A DNA stretch of 64,000 nt. Origin: Basidiobolus meristosporus CBS 931.73 (lineage: Eukaryota > Fungi > Basidiobolomycota). How positions within the stretch are numbered: the first letter of the stretch is position 1; each line of letters opens with the position of its first letter. Under the pieces are notes generated by a model. That model searched no databases and was not told the DNA's origin. It saw nothing but the letters and a program-made list of their open reading frames with translations. The stretch covers positions 124,001 to 188,000 of the forward strand of contig MCFE01000025.1 in NCBI GenBank assembly GCA_002104905.1, written 5' to 3'. The translations under genes were made by a program, and so were the position numbers. Below are positions 1 to 12,014 of the stretch, one piece after another.

Positions 1-1009
1 TTGGACAAGGTTTGCACCACAATAGCCAAGTTCATTTAAGATCATCCAATAATACTCATCTGGAACTAGCCAAAAGTGGGCACACTAAAAAGCCATAGAG
101 TTGAGGTGATTGAAGTATTTTAATTGCGGTGTGGTGGTGTAGAGATACTCCTGGGAGAAGCTACACAACTCAAGCTGTGTGAGATATCTGATGGGTGCAA
201 AAACCTCTGTGTCTAAACTGCTGGTGTCTTTGTCAATATGTCACTATGGTAAAAGCTCCTGCTTCTCTAGCTTCCTGGGTGCTCCAAGTGTCTCTAAAGG
301 CCTCTGTGTGTCTTGTGCACTACCCTGAAAAGCTCCTTGATGGCAGGTCTGAGATGTACTGTTGAAGGCAGGTGCAGTGATCAACTGCTAATCAATAAGG
401 TAGAAGTGTTACTGATAGAAGGGATGATTTATTGATGAGGGATTGCTTTCCCTTAAATAGTTTTCCTGATTGCCAAGTGATTACTAATGACAAGGTTCTA
501 GAAGATTCTAGGCATCAGTGGAATTCCTGATGACTTCACTATGAGCTAAAAATATGCCAAGAATGTCCTGGAAGATTCTAAAAGGCACGGCACATCCAAC
601 CAATCAGGAATCAGTAGTCTGAAACCTGTGCAACATAGAAATACCATATATGGTATTGAAGTGGTAGGGATGGTAACACAGACCTAGGTCATGTGTCACA
701 GGTACTGACGCAGGTGCTTGCCTTATGTAGATACATATACTGATCACAAAGCTGAATAACATCAGGGATAACTAATGCTAATAACTAATCAGGGTAAACA
801 TCATATGGGGATAACACTGATAACATGGGCAAAAGAAGAATGGGAAAATACTGATAAGATAATATATGGATAAGTATATCATAATGGCTATATGAATAAA
901 CTTGTCTGTGGGAGGTATGTTTACCCTACCACAGCGGCAGGTGAGTGTGTTTGTAGAGGTTAGTTAGCAGGAGGCCATAGTTTTTTTGATTCAAACTATA
1001 TGTGATAGA

Positions 1010-1481
1010 CCCAAGGTAGTAGTGGGTAAAAAAATAAAGAGGGGTGATTCTACAGTGGAATATATGAGTTGTACAAGGGGAGGTAGAAAAAGAAAATACT
1101 ATTTGGTAACTTGGCATGGTAGCATTATACAGAACCAGTGGTAGGCCATCATACTACCAATATAATGCTATTGGAGTCTTGCTGTGAGGCTGTTGCAATG
1201 CCATCAAGTTTCTTGGCATATAAGACAAATGGATATCCTTGCTAACTGGATCCACTTAAAGTAGTTGGATAGCACTAAAAGACCGCAACAATTCCATGCA
1301 AATATTGTCAAGTTTTATCCCTTTATTGGTTGTAAATTAGCAGAACACCATCATGATCCCATTATAAGGTCATTAGGAGGGTCACTAATTCCATGCTGCT
1401 GGTATTATGACAATCTCTAAACAGGATCCTGACGGCTGATATGGATTGGATCCACCTGCGGGACCAAATTATTTTTCATAG
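1010..1481 (+). repeat. Diverged duplicate of the CACTA transposase 3' end
   Basis: Aligns by eye with 5484-5979 (shared blocks such as AAATAAAGAGGGGTGATTCTACAGTGGAAT, GGATCCACCTGC, TTATTTTTCATAGG); roughly three-quarters identical. Confidence 0.8.
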
Positions 1482-2400
1482 GAATACCTGCACTTCCAAC
1501 TCTTGTGAAAACAGCTGTTTTCTTGTTGGTAATTCTTCTTGGCAATGATAGGATTTAGACTGTTCCAGGCCTGTGGCATTGATTGGCAAAAACTGCGGTT
1601 TTTTTGCTTGCCTCCCTGTCTCAGGTTTGGGTAGACATTTTCCCTTTACCTTTTCCTTTATCACTGCCAGGTTCATCACTGCTACTTTGTCTGACTGCCT
1701 CTTGTAATGAGCTATGTATTCTTCTTGCTAAATGCTGCTTTGATGCATCTGTTTTGGCATGGTTGTCTGTTGCTGGCACTGTTCTGGCAACCTGACATTT
1801 CTTTTCCACTTGTTTTGAGCTCTCAGCCATACTTGTGATGGGTGCCTGAGAAAGCTGCTGATTTTAACACTGCCAGGTCCTTCACTGCTACCCTGACTGA
1901 GTGCTTTTTGATTGGTACTACACTTTTTCCTTGATAAAAGTTGAGCTGGCGCATCTGTGTCTGCCTGCTTGTCCCTTATTAGCACTCTTCCAGCTACCTG
2001 ACATCTCTTTAATGCTTGTTTGGAGCTCTTGGCCCCACTTGTAATGGGCTCTGGAGGAAGTTGCTGGTTTTTGGCCATGGCACCCTTGTTCATCTGCCTT
2101 TGATAGTTTCTCCTATTCTTAACATACTTTCTTAGCATACCAATGCTGGCCAAAAATCTGTTTGCTTGTTTGAATCAAGGATAATGCTCATGGAACAAGT
2201 CAAGTGCATTCAGCTTGGCCTTGAGTTCCTCATGGCCCCATGGTATGCTGGCCTTAAGGTGATGGCAAGCTAGAATTCTGATGGCCTCTTGTATATTAAC
2301 CCACTCTTTGTTATTGCAGTCAACAGCTTCACAGACCTTCATTATCTTTTGATTTTTTGGCTTTAGTATGAACACCACAATGCCTGCCTCCCATGTGGTA
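1480..2400 (-). pseudogene. Degenerate transposon-associated second ORF with internal repeats, divergent from the transposase
   Basis: Broken reading frames 2175-2378, 1728-2153 and 1621-1830 share repeated motifs (KRCQVAG/KKCQVAR; SSEGPGS/SSDEPGS). CpG-depleted. No family recognised. Confidence 0.35.
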
Positions 2401-2542
2401 ATAGGTTTTTATGTGGGCTTTATCATTGTGCACCATTGTTGTACTTCAAAGACTCTATGGTGTTCCTCTGCTGTTATATTGGGAGTATTGACCAAAAAGT
2501 GATTTAATAGTGTAATATTATTGAAGGTCAAGCTGTTAGCCC

Positions 2543-5500
2543 ATGAACAAGATTACTTTGATTCAATGCCAAGAGAGAAGAGAAAGAACCCCATGTGGCT
2601 TTTGTAGCAAGCCTCTCAACCATGAAGCTTGCAGACAAGATAGGAAGTATCACAAGGATCACAGCCAGTGTTTTGCCACACAAGTCATATTTGACCACTC
2701 ATCAGTCACTACTGTACCAACATTATCTTATTGGCCAGTTGATACTTCTAAGATGGCACCTGGCCATCTTTGGCACCTTGCATATACCAAGTCAGCTAAG
2801 TATGTGATGCCTTTAGGCTCACCTCAGCATTCTAAAAATGGCACACCAAGTGACTGCTCTAACAAAGAAGGTGTTGCAATATTCTGAGGAGTATTGGAAG
2901 TGATGTGGAGAACTAAAGGATTTACATGTTATTAACTTTTAGATTTATTGATCAAAAGTATGGTATTTATACTTTTGATAGAGTAGAGAAGACCAACGTG
3001 TAGAGTTTGTTGAAGAAGGTCCCAAGAACATGTGTGCAAAGTTTGGGGTCTTTTGGATGACTTTGAGAAAATAATAATCTGGGTACCTGACAATTTTGTG
3101 AAAATATTGTAAGTAAATCCCTACAAGAAATCTGGTCAGGACAGAATGCTAATCCCAGTATAAGATCTATGTGACTAAGTTAGCATGAATATTTAGGTGA
3201 CAACTCAATAATTACAATAGAAGGCTCACTGATGGAGTATGAGCCTATCTCCCCTAACAACAGTACTATGTATGAGCTGGGTCAAATCCCAATATGCAAT
3301 GAGACAACACATGTTGAAACAAATGCCAAGGATACTTTATGGAGCCAAGTGAGCCAGTAATCCATCTACTGGTGAAAGATGTAATATTGTGGTTAGATAA
3401 GTGGCAGGTTTCCACTAATATCAGTAATGGAGGCCATTAGGATTTACTACTACTTCTTGCCAAAATCATTTTAGGAGGTAACTCTCCATGTACATGGTAC
3501 AAGTGGACAGCCATCATGCAGCTTACTAAGTATGACCCAGAGACTGCCCTGATTCCAGCATGTGTTAACAATTGCATGGCTTTCACATCCAAAAATGCTA
3601 GCATTGCAACATGTCCAAATTTTCAGGAATCCACCACCATTGAGGGAAAACATTGTTCACACTCTGAATATATTCCAGTAGTACCCCATCTAAAGAAGCT
3701 TATGTTGTCCAACAAATATTGCAAAGCTATGAAGTACCACACTTGGTATCAATCAAGAGCAAACATATCCAAAATATTTGATTGGAAACATTACAAACAA
3801 CTAGGAAGCAAGGGCTACTTTAAAGGTATGTATGACCATGCCTTTGCCTTAGCACTTGATGGATTCTCATTAAACAAGCACTCTACCAGCAAATTCTGCT
3901 GGCTACTGATTCTCATCAACCTGAATCTGCCACCTATCTTATAGTATTAGAGCCAAAATCTGATGGTAGTCTCACTGGTGTCTGGGCCTAAATCACTGTC
4001 CAACCTGGATAGCTACCTGTATCCATTGCTGGATTATTTTTGTATGCTTTCCAGCAGGATAACAGTGAATGGCTGTCATGTCAAAGTGCATATTATTATC
4101 TGCATTGGAGATACCACAGCCATCAGCAAGATAGCCAGCTTTTCTGAGCTCAATAGATGGTATTGCTGTTGAATGTGTGAGATCCAGGGGACTTACCCCA
4201 TAGCTCACATACAATATTCTTACCCAAACAGCAGCACTAAGAACCTTGTCTTCCCACAGAGAGAATGTACAAAAGTCAGCACACAATTGCCACAAAGTTG
4301 GCAAGCTATAAGTCATTGGCCAGAATATGGAATCAATTGGAAGCCAAAGATACTTCAGATAGAGGGTGTCTCTTGGGGCAAAAGCTTTCTACTGGGAGCA
4401 ATGCATTTGCTTTTCAGCAATATCCCTATACTGATGACCAAGTTGTACATGGGGCAACTCAAGCTAAATGAGCCCTTTAAGATACCAGAGAAATTTGAAA
4501 GAATTGGCAAGATATTACACAGTATCAGCTACCCTAAGTACTTCTCACAGGCTCCAATCAATTTCCATAAGCATATACAACAATACAAAAGTAACAATTG
4601 GATGAACTGGATATGTATTGATTCTAGTGGCATTCTAAAGCCATTCCTACCAAGAGTACATTGGAAGCATTGGGAGTCATATGTGGACATTGTAGGAATA
4701 TTTATCCAGAAGCATATCATCAATACCAACTTGACAGATCTACAGCTGTTGTGCAAGGGGTTTGTGATGGGGTTTGAGCAGCTATACTACAAGCATAAAG
4801 CTGAATGTGTAGATCTCTGCTGCTACTGTATCCATTCTCTACTCCATTTTGCTTGGTGTGCCAAATATCGGGCCTTGCTTCACCTTTTAGGAGCTACCTA
4901 TGGAGCAGATGTGTGAGGAGATAGGAAGTCAAGGTAAGTCACAGGTGCTTCCACATCCTAATATCATCAAGAATATTACCTTCAAGTCTGTCATGGATGT
5001 GATGAGTTGGTACATGGAGGACAGCTGGGAAGAGCTGGAAAATACTGAGGACAGATGTGCACATGGAGACACCTATGCCTATGGCACTAAGAAGCTATGC
5101 CGCCACAATGCATTAGTAATAAGTTAAGTAATGCAAAGTTGGGTAGGGTGCATCAAGCAACTAACTCTTTTAGGAAAGCTCAACCAAAGTATGCCAGGTT
5201 TCTCTTGGTCACAAGCCAACTTCTACACTATTCTTTATGGATTTCACACAAACAAGAGCCAGAGCACACTTTTAAGGGGGACTAGAATACAGCAAGGAGA
5301 AGGAATATATTGGCTAAATACCAAAAAGCTCTTTGCGGATGTCAGGAGGTATTCATGGCAGAAGTGGCAGCAACCAAGCATATGTTGGCAAGATGTATAT
5401 GTTACTAGCAGTACAAGGTATATGGCAATTTTGCAAGTATCAAACTAAAGAGCTGTGAAGTTGAGGTTATAGAAATATGTTAACCCAAGGTAGGAGTGTG

Positions 5501-5700
5501 TAAGCAAATAAAGAGGGGTGATTCTACAGTGGAATCTATGAATTGCACAAGGGGAGGTAGAAAAAGGAAATACTATTTGGTAAATTGGCACAGTAGTTTT
5601 ATACATAACTAGCTGTAGGCTGCCATACTGCCATGATAATGCCATCAGCAACTTGCAATGAGGCTGTCAAGCACCGTCAATTTTTTTGCTATACAAGGTA
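2543..5700 (+). mobile_element. CACTA/En-Spm (Tnp2-family) DNA transposase pseudogene
   Basis: Fragments in order: CGFC N-terminus; CVNNCMAF..CP; ALDGF..CWLLILINLNLPP; SGPKSLSNLDSYLYPL; IGDTTAISK; AMHLLFSNI; HSLLHF; MEQMC. This matches the fungal Tnp2-type DDE motif order. Multiple stops and frameshifts; interrupted by an LTR at 2872-3219. TIRs not found. Confidence 0.85.
2872..3219 (-). mobile_element. Solo copia LTR (variant B) with 5-bp TSD GAAGG
   Basis: Starts TGTTGCAA and ends TTACAATA (decayed TTACAACA), 348 bp. GAAGG flanks it at 2867-2871 and 3220-3224. Homologous to 6971-7317 and 11666-12014; closest to 62217-62505. Confidence 0.9.
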
Positions 5701-6101
5701 ATTGAATGTACAGACTGGTTAGATCCATTAAAAATAGCTGTAGAGTGCATCACAACTACAACAATGCCATGCAATTATTGCTACAGCACCAACCAAGCCT
5801 TGTCAAGTTTTATAGCTTTATTTGGCAGTGAAATTAGTTAAATGCCATTGTGAGCAGGTCATACAATTGTTAAGAGGGACACTGATTCCAAGCTGCCTGT
5901 ATTATGATGGTCTCCAAAGAGGATCCTGATGGCTGATCTGAATTGGATCCACCTGCATGACTAAGTTATTTTTCATAGGGTGTTGTCAAGAGGCAGAGGC
6001 CAAAGTGTCCACAAGTGTAGAGAAAATGAGCACAAGCCTGATAAGACTATATTACCAGTAACTTTGACCATTTAGAGCTTTGTATTGCCAAGAAACAACA
6101 C

Positions 6102-6181
6102 TTGGACAAGGTTTGCACCACAATAGCCAAGTTCATTTAAGATCATCCAATAATACTCATCTGGAACTAGCCTAAAGTGGG
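6102..6181 (+). repeat. Near-identical direct repeat of window positions 1-80
   Basis: TTGGACAAGGTTTGCACCACAATAGCCAAGTTCATTTAAGATCATCCAATAATACTCATCTGGAACTAGCC occurs at both 1 and 6102. Confidence 0.9.
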
Positions 6182-6970
6182 CAAATAAGGGAATATCCAA
6201 AAATATCTAACTTTTGGAAACAGACTTAAGCTTGTAACACTAACCAAGAATACCAAAACACTACAGTGCTGGTATCAAAAGAAAAGAGGCTGAGGAGAAC
6301 TCTCTCTTGAATAAGGGAGAATCTCATGATGAGCTGCTTAATATTTTAAGTAAGATCAGTTTTTAGTCAAATCAATTAGCTCTATGTTTGGCATATAAGT
6401 ATAGCAGTGTATCCATCAAATCATTAGTATTAGTTGGCAGATGAATCCGTAGATCCCTATCTGACAGGAATAGATATTTAAAGTAAGATCTAATTGGGTG
6501 ATGCTGATGCTATTAAATGAGCTATCAGTTATAACCTACATTAGAGAATACAATTAGTCAGCACTTTATCTGGCAAAATGCATGTAAAGAGCAACTGCAA
6601 ACCTCAATAAAATAGTTCAAATTTTAGTAAATACTTTACTAGCTCAACTCTCTGTTACACTGCAACTCTGATATCAAGACTTGTGACACTGGAGCTCTTC
6701 AGTGGCTGTCTGACTTATTTACCTTGCTAGTAGGCCTTACAGAGCTCCAGCTCAGCTGTTAGAGCAATATCTGCGCTGCAAGCTAGCATATTTTGAATCA
6801 CTGTGCTCAATCAGTAATAGTTTACTTGTGCAAATCTCTAATACCGCAACATTGGTATTTCTTTATGTTTGTTACCCTTACCAGCATTCATTTATGATTA
6901 AGCATTTGTCAACTGGCATCTACCCAATCTCAATTTCCTTGGCAATTTGAGTAGTAATTAGACAGCCATC

Positions 6971-7317
6971 TGTTATAAGAGTCTTGGATATATTGGAGGT
7001 GGTTTGGAGAGCAAGTAGATATGTGGTTTTCACTTGATCATTTACTGAACAACAAAGTAGTATATATACTTTTACATAGTGTTGGTATAACAAAAACCTA
7101 GAATAGATTTAGGAAGGTCCCAAGAACATGTGTGCAAAGTTTGGGCTGTTTGGACAACATTGAGAATTTTCATGTTCTTAGTACCTGATGTTTTGGTGAA
7201 AATATACAAAGTAAATCCTAACAAGAAGTTTGGTCAGTTTTCCCTAGAATTTGAAGGTAATGATCCAAGCAACTAAGTTAGGTGAACATTTAGGTGGAAT
7301 TACAAATCTTTACAGCA
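6971..7317 (-). repeat. 3' LTR of the copia element
   Basis: 347 bp; plus strand TGTTATAA...TTACAGCA. Directly preceded on the minus strand by a polypurine tract. Confidence 0.85.
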
Positions 7318-7327
7318 CTCCCACTCT
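7318..7327 (-). other. Polypurine tract (PPT)
   Basis: Minus strand AGAGTGGGAG abuts the TG start of the 3' LTR, just downstream of RNase H. Confidence 0.75.
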
Positions 7328-10300
7328 GCTAAATGCTTGTACTGATTAGTTCTAATTTTGACCCAAGATATTCAAACTTGTTTCTAGCTAATGGTTTGGT
7401 AAATACATCTGTAATTATTTAATCTGAACAGCTGTAAGCTAAGCTAACTAATCTATTCCCTATAGCTTCACATATGAAATGATGTTTAATATCTATGTGC
7501 TTAGTTCTAGCATGAAAAGTTGGATTTCTACCTAATTGTATACATCCTTGATTATCTTGAAATAAAGTAATAGGGATTTTTTGACATGGAACTAAATCTG
7601 TAAATACCTTTTTTAACCACATTGCTTCTTTTGTAGCTTCACAGGCTCCCATATAATCTGCCTTTGCAGTAGAAAGTTTTACAGTTGGTTGCTTTCTTGA
7701 ATTCTATAAAATTGCACCTTGACAGTATAGAAAGGTGCATCTGGTGGTGGATCTTCTGTCTTTTTAAATTTTGCCCCCAATCAGCATAAAATCTTCCCGC
7801 ATTATCCTGTTCTGAATCCTTATAAGTTTATCTTGAGCAGATATCAGCAGTTCCTTTTAGGTATCTAAAAATCTGCTTAATTGCTGCAATATGATCAGAT
7901 CCATAGTTCTGATTATGCTGGCTGACAACTTCCACTAAGTATGAGATATCTTGATGTGTTCCAAGCATGATATACATCAGACTGCCAGTCATAGATAGAT
8001 AGGGAGCCTCAGAGCATTCAGATGGCACTAGGCTCTCTTGATTTTGTTGAGTTTTGGCCAAGTAAAGATTTGTCTCCCTTGGGATAGCTGCCAGTTTACA
8101 GTCTTCTATTTGGTACTTCTTTAGTTTATCTTGAATATACCTGGATTGGCTTAGGGTGATAGTGTGGGTACTTCTTTCTATGGATAACTTTATCCCTAAG
8201 TAGTAACTGAGTTCTCCTAGCTTGGATATCTTTACTCTTTGAATAGGCTGGATCTAGTCTCTTCTAATGTTTCTAGGCCATTGGTGGCTATAATAAGTTC
8301 ATCCACATATAGAGCTAATAGAGCTGGATTTGCTCTATCTGCCTTTCAGTATATACTATAGTCAACATTACTCCTTTTGAAACTCAGAGATTCCAAACAA
8401 GAATGCATTTTGCAACTCCCGGCTCTGGGTGATTGTCCAAGTCCATGGAGACTTTTTAGCTTGCAGACCTAATGGGGGCTATCTTTGTCAGTAAAGCCAT
8501 CAGGCTGGTTCATGTAAACATAATCCTCAAGCTCTCCACTCAAAAATGCAGTTTTTACATCCATTTGATGTATAAAAACTTATATTTGGCTGCATTAGCC
8601 AATGGTGATCTGATGGAATTAAACTTGGCTACTGCAGCTAAGGTCTCAGAATAGGCAAGTCCTTTTGTTTGAGAGTCTCCTTTGGCCACAAGTCTGGCTT
8701 TGTATCTTTCAATTGTACCATCAACCTTGTATTTTGTCTTAGATACCTTTCTGCATCCAATTGATTTTTGGCTGATTGGTTATTTGACAAAGTCTCAAGT
8801 TAATTTTCCATTAGGGCCTAATATTCCTCAGTCATTGCAGATCTCCAAAACTTTGTCTGAGGGCTATTTAAGGCCTCTTTTATAATCTGTAGCTCATTGA
8901 TATGGACTGAATAGGCATAGCCTAAGTCTGTACCCTCATTGATATAGTAATTTGGGCTATTTCTTGTCCAGTTGGATCTCCTGGTTTGTGATACTGAAAT
9001 GATCACTTCTGGAATACTCCAGGGCACTGATTCAGGCTGAATCAGGGTTGTAGAGCCCACTGTTTGGCTCAAACTATGACCAATTTCTGGGCAGCTTCTT
9101 GGCATATGCTGTAGACCTAAATATTCTTTGATGTTTTGCACTTGATCTGTATCCATACCATGCTTCAAATGGAGTAGAGTCATGATTATTCTGTTATAAC
9201 TCCTATTTTTAAGGTATACAGCTGTGGCAGCTGATTTTGCCCAAAATTCACAGGATAAATTTTCATCATGGAACATAGATCTTGCCATATCAATTACTGA
9301 TCTGTTTGCATGCTCTGCTACTCCATGTTGCTTCAGGGAGTATGGTACAGTAGTCTCTTGCTTTATCTCACAAGTTTTGCAGAAGTGGATGCAGAGTTTT
9401 GAGGTATATTCTCCACCATTGTCAGAGCCTATTTTCTTGATTTTTTCACCAGTTTCTATATCCACCATGGCTTTAAACTCCCTGAGCTTAGATAGAGCTT
9501 CTTTCATTCTTGCCATGAAGTGGACCCAAGTGTATCTTGTATATTCATCAATAAAAGTGATTAAATACTTCATCCTGCATAAGGATAAATTTTGCATAGG
9601 TCCACATAGAAATGAGTGAATAATATCTGATTCTTTCTTAGTTTTGATAAACCCAGAGCTCTTGAACAATTGTCTGGCTTGTGAAGCACCGGTCTGATGT
9701 GTGTCCTCTCCTTTTGCAGTAGTTGCAAAGCAGGTTGCTGTTGCCTTTAAAGTGTCTTGAGTACCTCCTTTTTTGGCTGTCATTGCTTGTTTAAAGCATT
9801 TTCTTCTTCCTTCTTATTGGTGCATGATTTTCTTAATTCTTCATCCAGGAGCCTTCCATATACATAATATAAGGTCAAATCTTCAGTCCTGGACTCTAGG
9901 GCTGATACAAGGCACTGGTACTTGTCTGTCAGGCTATTCAGGACGGTTACTATCACATTCTCATAATTGGCTGGTATGCCCACAGATTACATCTCATCCA
10001 CCAGCATGGTAATTCTGTGAATTGGATTTATCATTTCTTCTCCTGGCAGCATCCTTGTAGTAAGGAATTTTCTTCTAAGATACATTTTCTTAGTTGCTGA
10101 ACATGACTGGTAGGTGTCTTCTAATGCCTTTAATCATCAATAAAAGCAATTATATACTTCATCCTGCTTAAGGATAAATTTTGCATAGGTCCACACGGAT
10201 CTAAGTGAATTAGATCTAATTTTTTCTTAGTTTTGACTAACCCAAAGCTCTTGACCAGCTGTCTGGCTTGTCTCCTATATATGCAGGCTTCACAGTGCTG

Positions 10301-11653
10301 CAAGTTACTTGGGGGATCAACCTTTACTCCAGATATTAGCGGATCTTTGATCATTTTGTGAAAATAATCAAAATTGATATCTCCAAATCTCCCATGCCAA
10401 AGCATTAGTGTTTCATCATTTGGGTTACTTATGTTGGCTTCCAGATATGATGGAATATAAGTCAGATAGTGTAAATTCTAATCTCTGATACCTAAAGCAA
10501 TATAGCCACCATTTTGATCAGTAATCCAACATCCAGAATTGTCACAGCTGAAGCTGCGTCCTTCCACTGTGGCCCTGCTTACACTTAGTAGGTTCTAGGC
10601 TATTTTTGGTATATAGAGTACTTCTTTGAAGGTAAGTGTATGGCTTCCTTCACTATGTCTAAGGTTTACTTTGACAGTACCTTCTCCAACTGTATCAAGT
10701 ATTCCATTGTCATCCGTGAAACCTTCTTAACTGGAATTTCTTGGTATTAGGCAAGAAGTTTTTTTTGGTGTGTAAAGTCCAGAGATGCTCCCAAGTCAGT
10801 ATATCACATCTGAGAATCCTTGCTTGTGGTCACATATAGTGCAGATATGAATACTCCATCTTTGGTTTTTGCAGCATATCCATATTCTGGCTTTTTCTGC
10901 TGACTATCTCTCTATCTGAGGCACAGGTCTGATATGTGTCCATTCCTTTTGTGGTAGTTGCAAAGCAAGTTACTATTGCCTTTAAAGGGTCTTGGATACT
11001 TCCTTTGCTGATTATAAGTGCTTATTAAAGCATTTCTGCTTCCTCCCTGTTAGCACTTGATTTTCTTAATTCTTCATCCAGGAGTGTTCCTTATACATAC
11101 TTTAAGGTCAAATCTTCAGTTCTAGACTCTGGGTCTAATACAAAGCCCTGAATCTTGTCTACCAGGCAATTCAGGATGGTAACTATCATATCTTCATCAG
11201 TAGTTAGTTGCCTGCATATTACATCTCTTCCACCAGCAGGGTAATTCTGCAATTAGATTTCTCATTTCTTCTCCTAGCAGCATCTTTGTAGTAAAGAATT
11301 TTTGGCTAAGATACATTTTCTTGCCAGTTGAACATGACTGGCAGGTGTCTTCTAATGCCTTCCATGCATTCTTTGCTGTTTTTGCTCTTGAGCATTGAAT
11401 TAGCAATTTGTCTTTGACATTAAGGCAAGCGCAGTTGATGACAATTAGTTCTTTCTTCTGGTACTTTGAGGCTTCCTCTCCTATGTTTTTAGGAGGGCAT
11501 TTTTTGCCCATGATAATATCCCAAAGGCCTCCTTCTTCTAGCTGCATCTTCAGCTTCACATTCCACATTTAGTAGTTAAATTCATCCAGCTTTTCAGCAG
11601 AGGGAAGAAATCCAGTAATAGCTGTAGTAGAAGTTGCAGAGAGTGACAGCTTG

Positions 11654-11665
11654 GGGCTTATAACC
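11654..11665 (-). other. Primer-binding site, half-tRNAi-Met (copia/Ty5-like) type
   Basis: Minus strand reads CAACA|GGTTATAAGCCC directly after the 5' LTR, one change from the GGTTATG(A/G)GCCC type. Confidence 0.7.
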
Positions 11666-12014
11666 TGTTGAAAGAGTCCTGGGGATATTGGAAGTGATAG
11701 GGAGTACAAGTAGATAATGTGGCTTTCATTTAAAAGTTTATTGAATGTAAAAGTAGTATTTATACTTTGACATGGTCTTGGCATAACAGACAGATATAAT
11801 AGGTTTAGGAAGGTCCCACAAGCATGTGCACAAAATTTGGGGCTGCTTGAACACCCTATCTAATTTTCATGTTCTGGGTACCTGATATTTTGGTGAAAGT
11901 ATTCTAAGTAAATCCTGAAAAGGAAATTGGTCAGTGTTCTCTAAGATTTCTAGGTAATGATCTAAGTGACAAAGCTAGGTGAATATTTAGGGGGAATTCC
12001 TAACTTTTACAACA
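11666..12014 (-). repeat. 5' LTR of the copia element
   Basis: 349 bp; plus strand TGTTGAAA...TTTTACAACA inverted termini; homologous to 6971-7317. Confidence 0.9.

Larger units (their letters stand above)
6971..12014 (-). mobile_element. Degenerate, rearranged Ty1/copia LTR retrotransposon
   Basis: Minus-strand order: gag (EKLDEFNY..W, AKTAKNAWKAL), zinc-knuckle relic, protease relic, GAG-pre-integrase (LWHGRFG..CEAC), integrase (FIDEYTRYTW, SDNGGEY, GVAEHANR), RT ([19 protein letters not shown]), RNase H (EAMWL, DNQGCI, RTKHIDIKHHF). Flanked by LTRs, PBS and PPT. Confidence 0.95.

Noticed and set aside
360-635. TGTTG...CAACA bounded 276-bp segment resembling another solo LTR
   Set aside because: No TSD (TGTAC vs TAGAA) and no second copy in the window.
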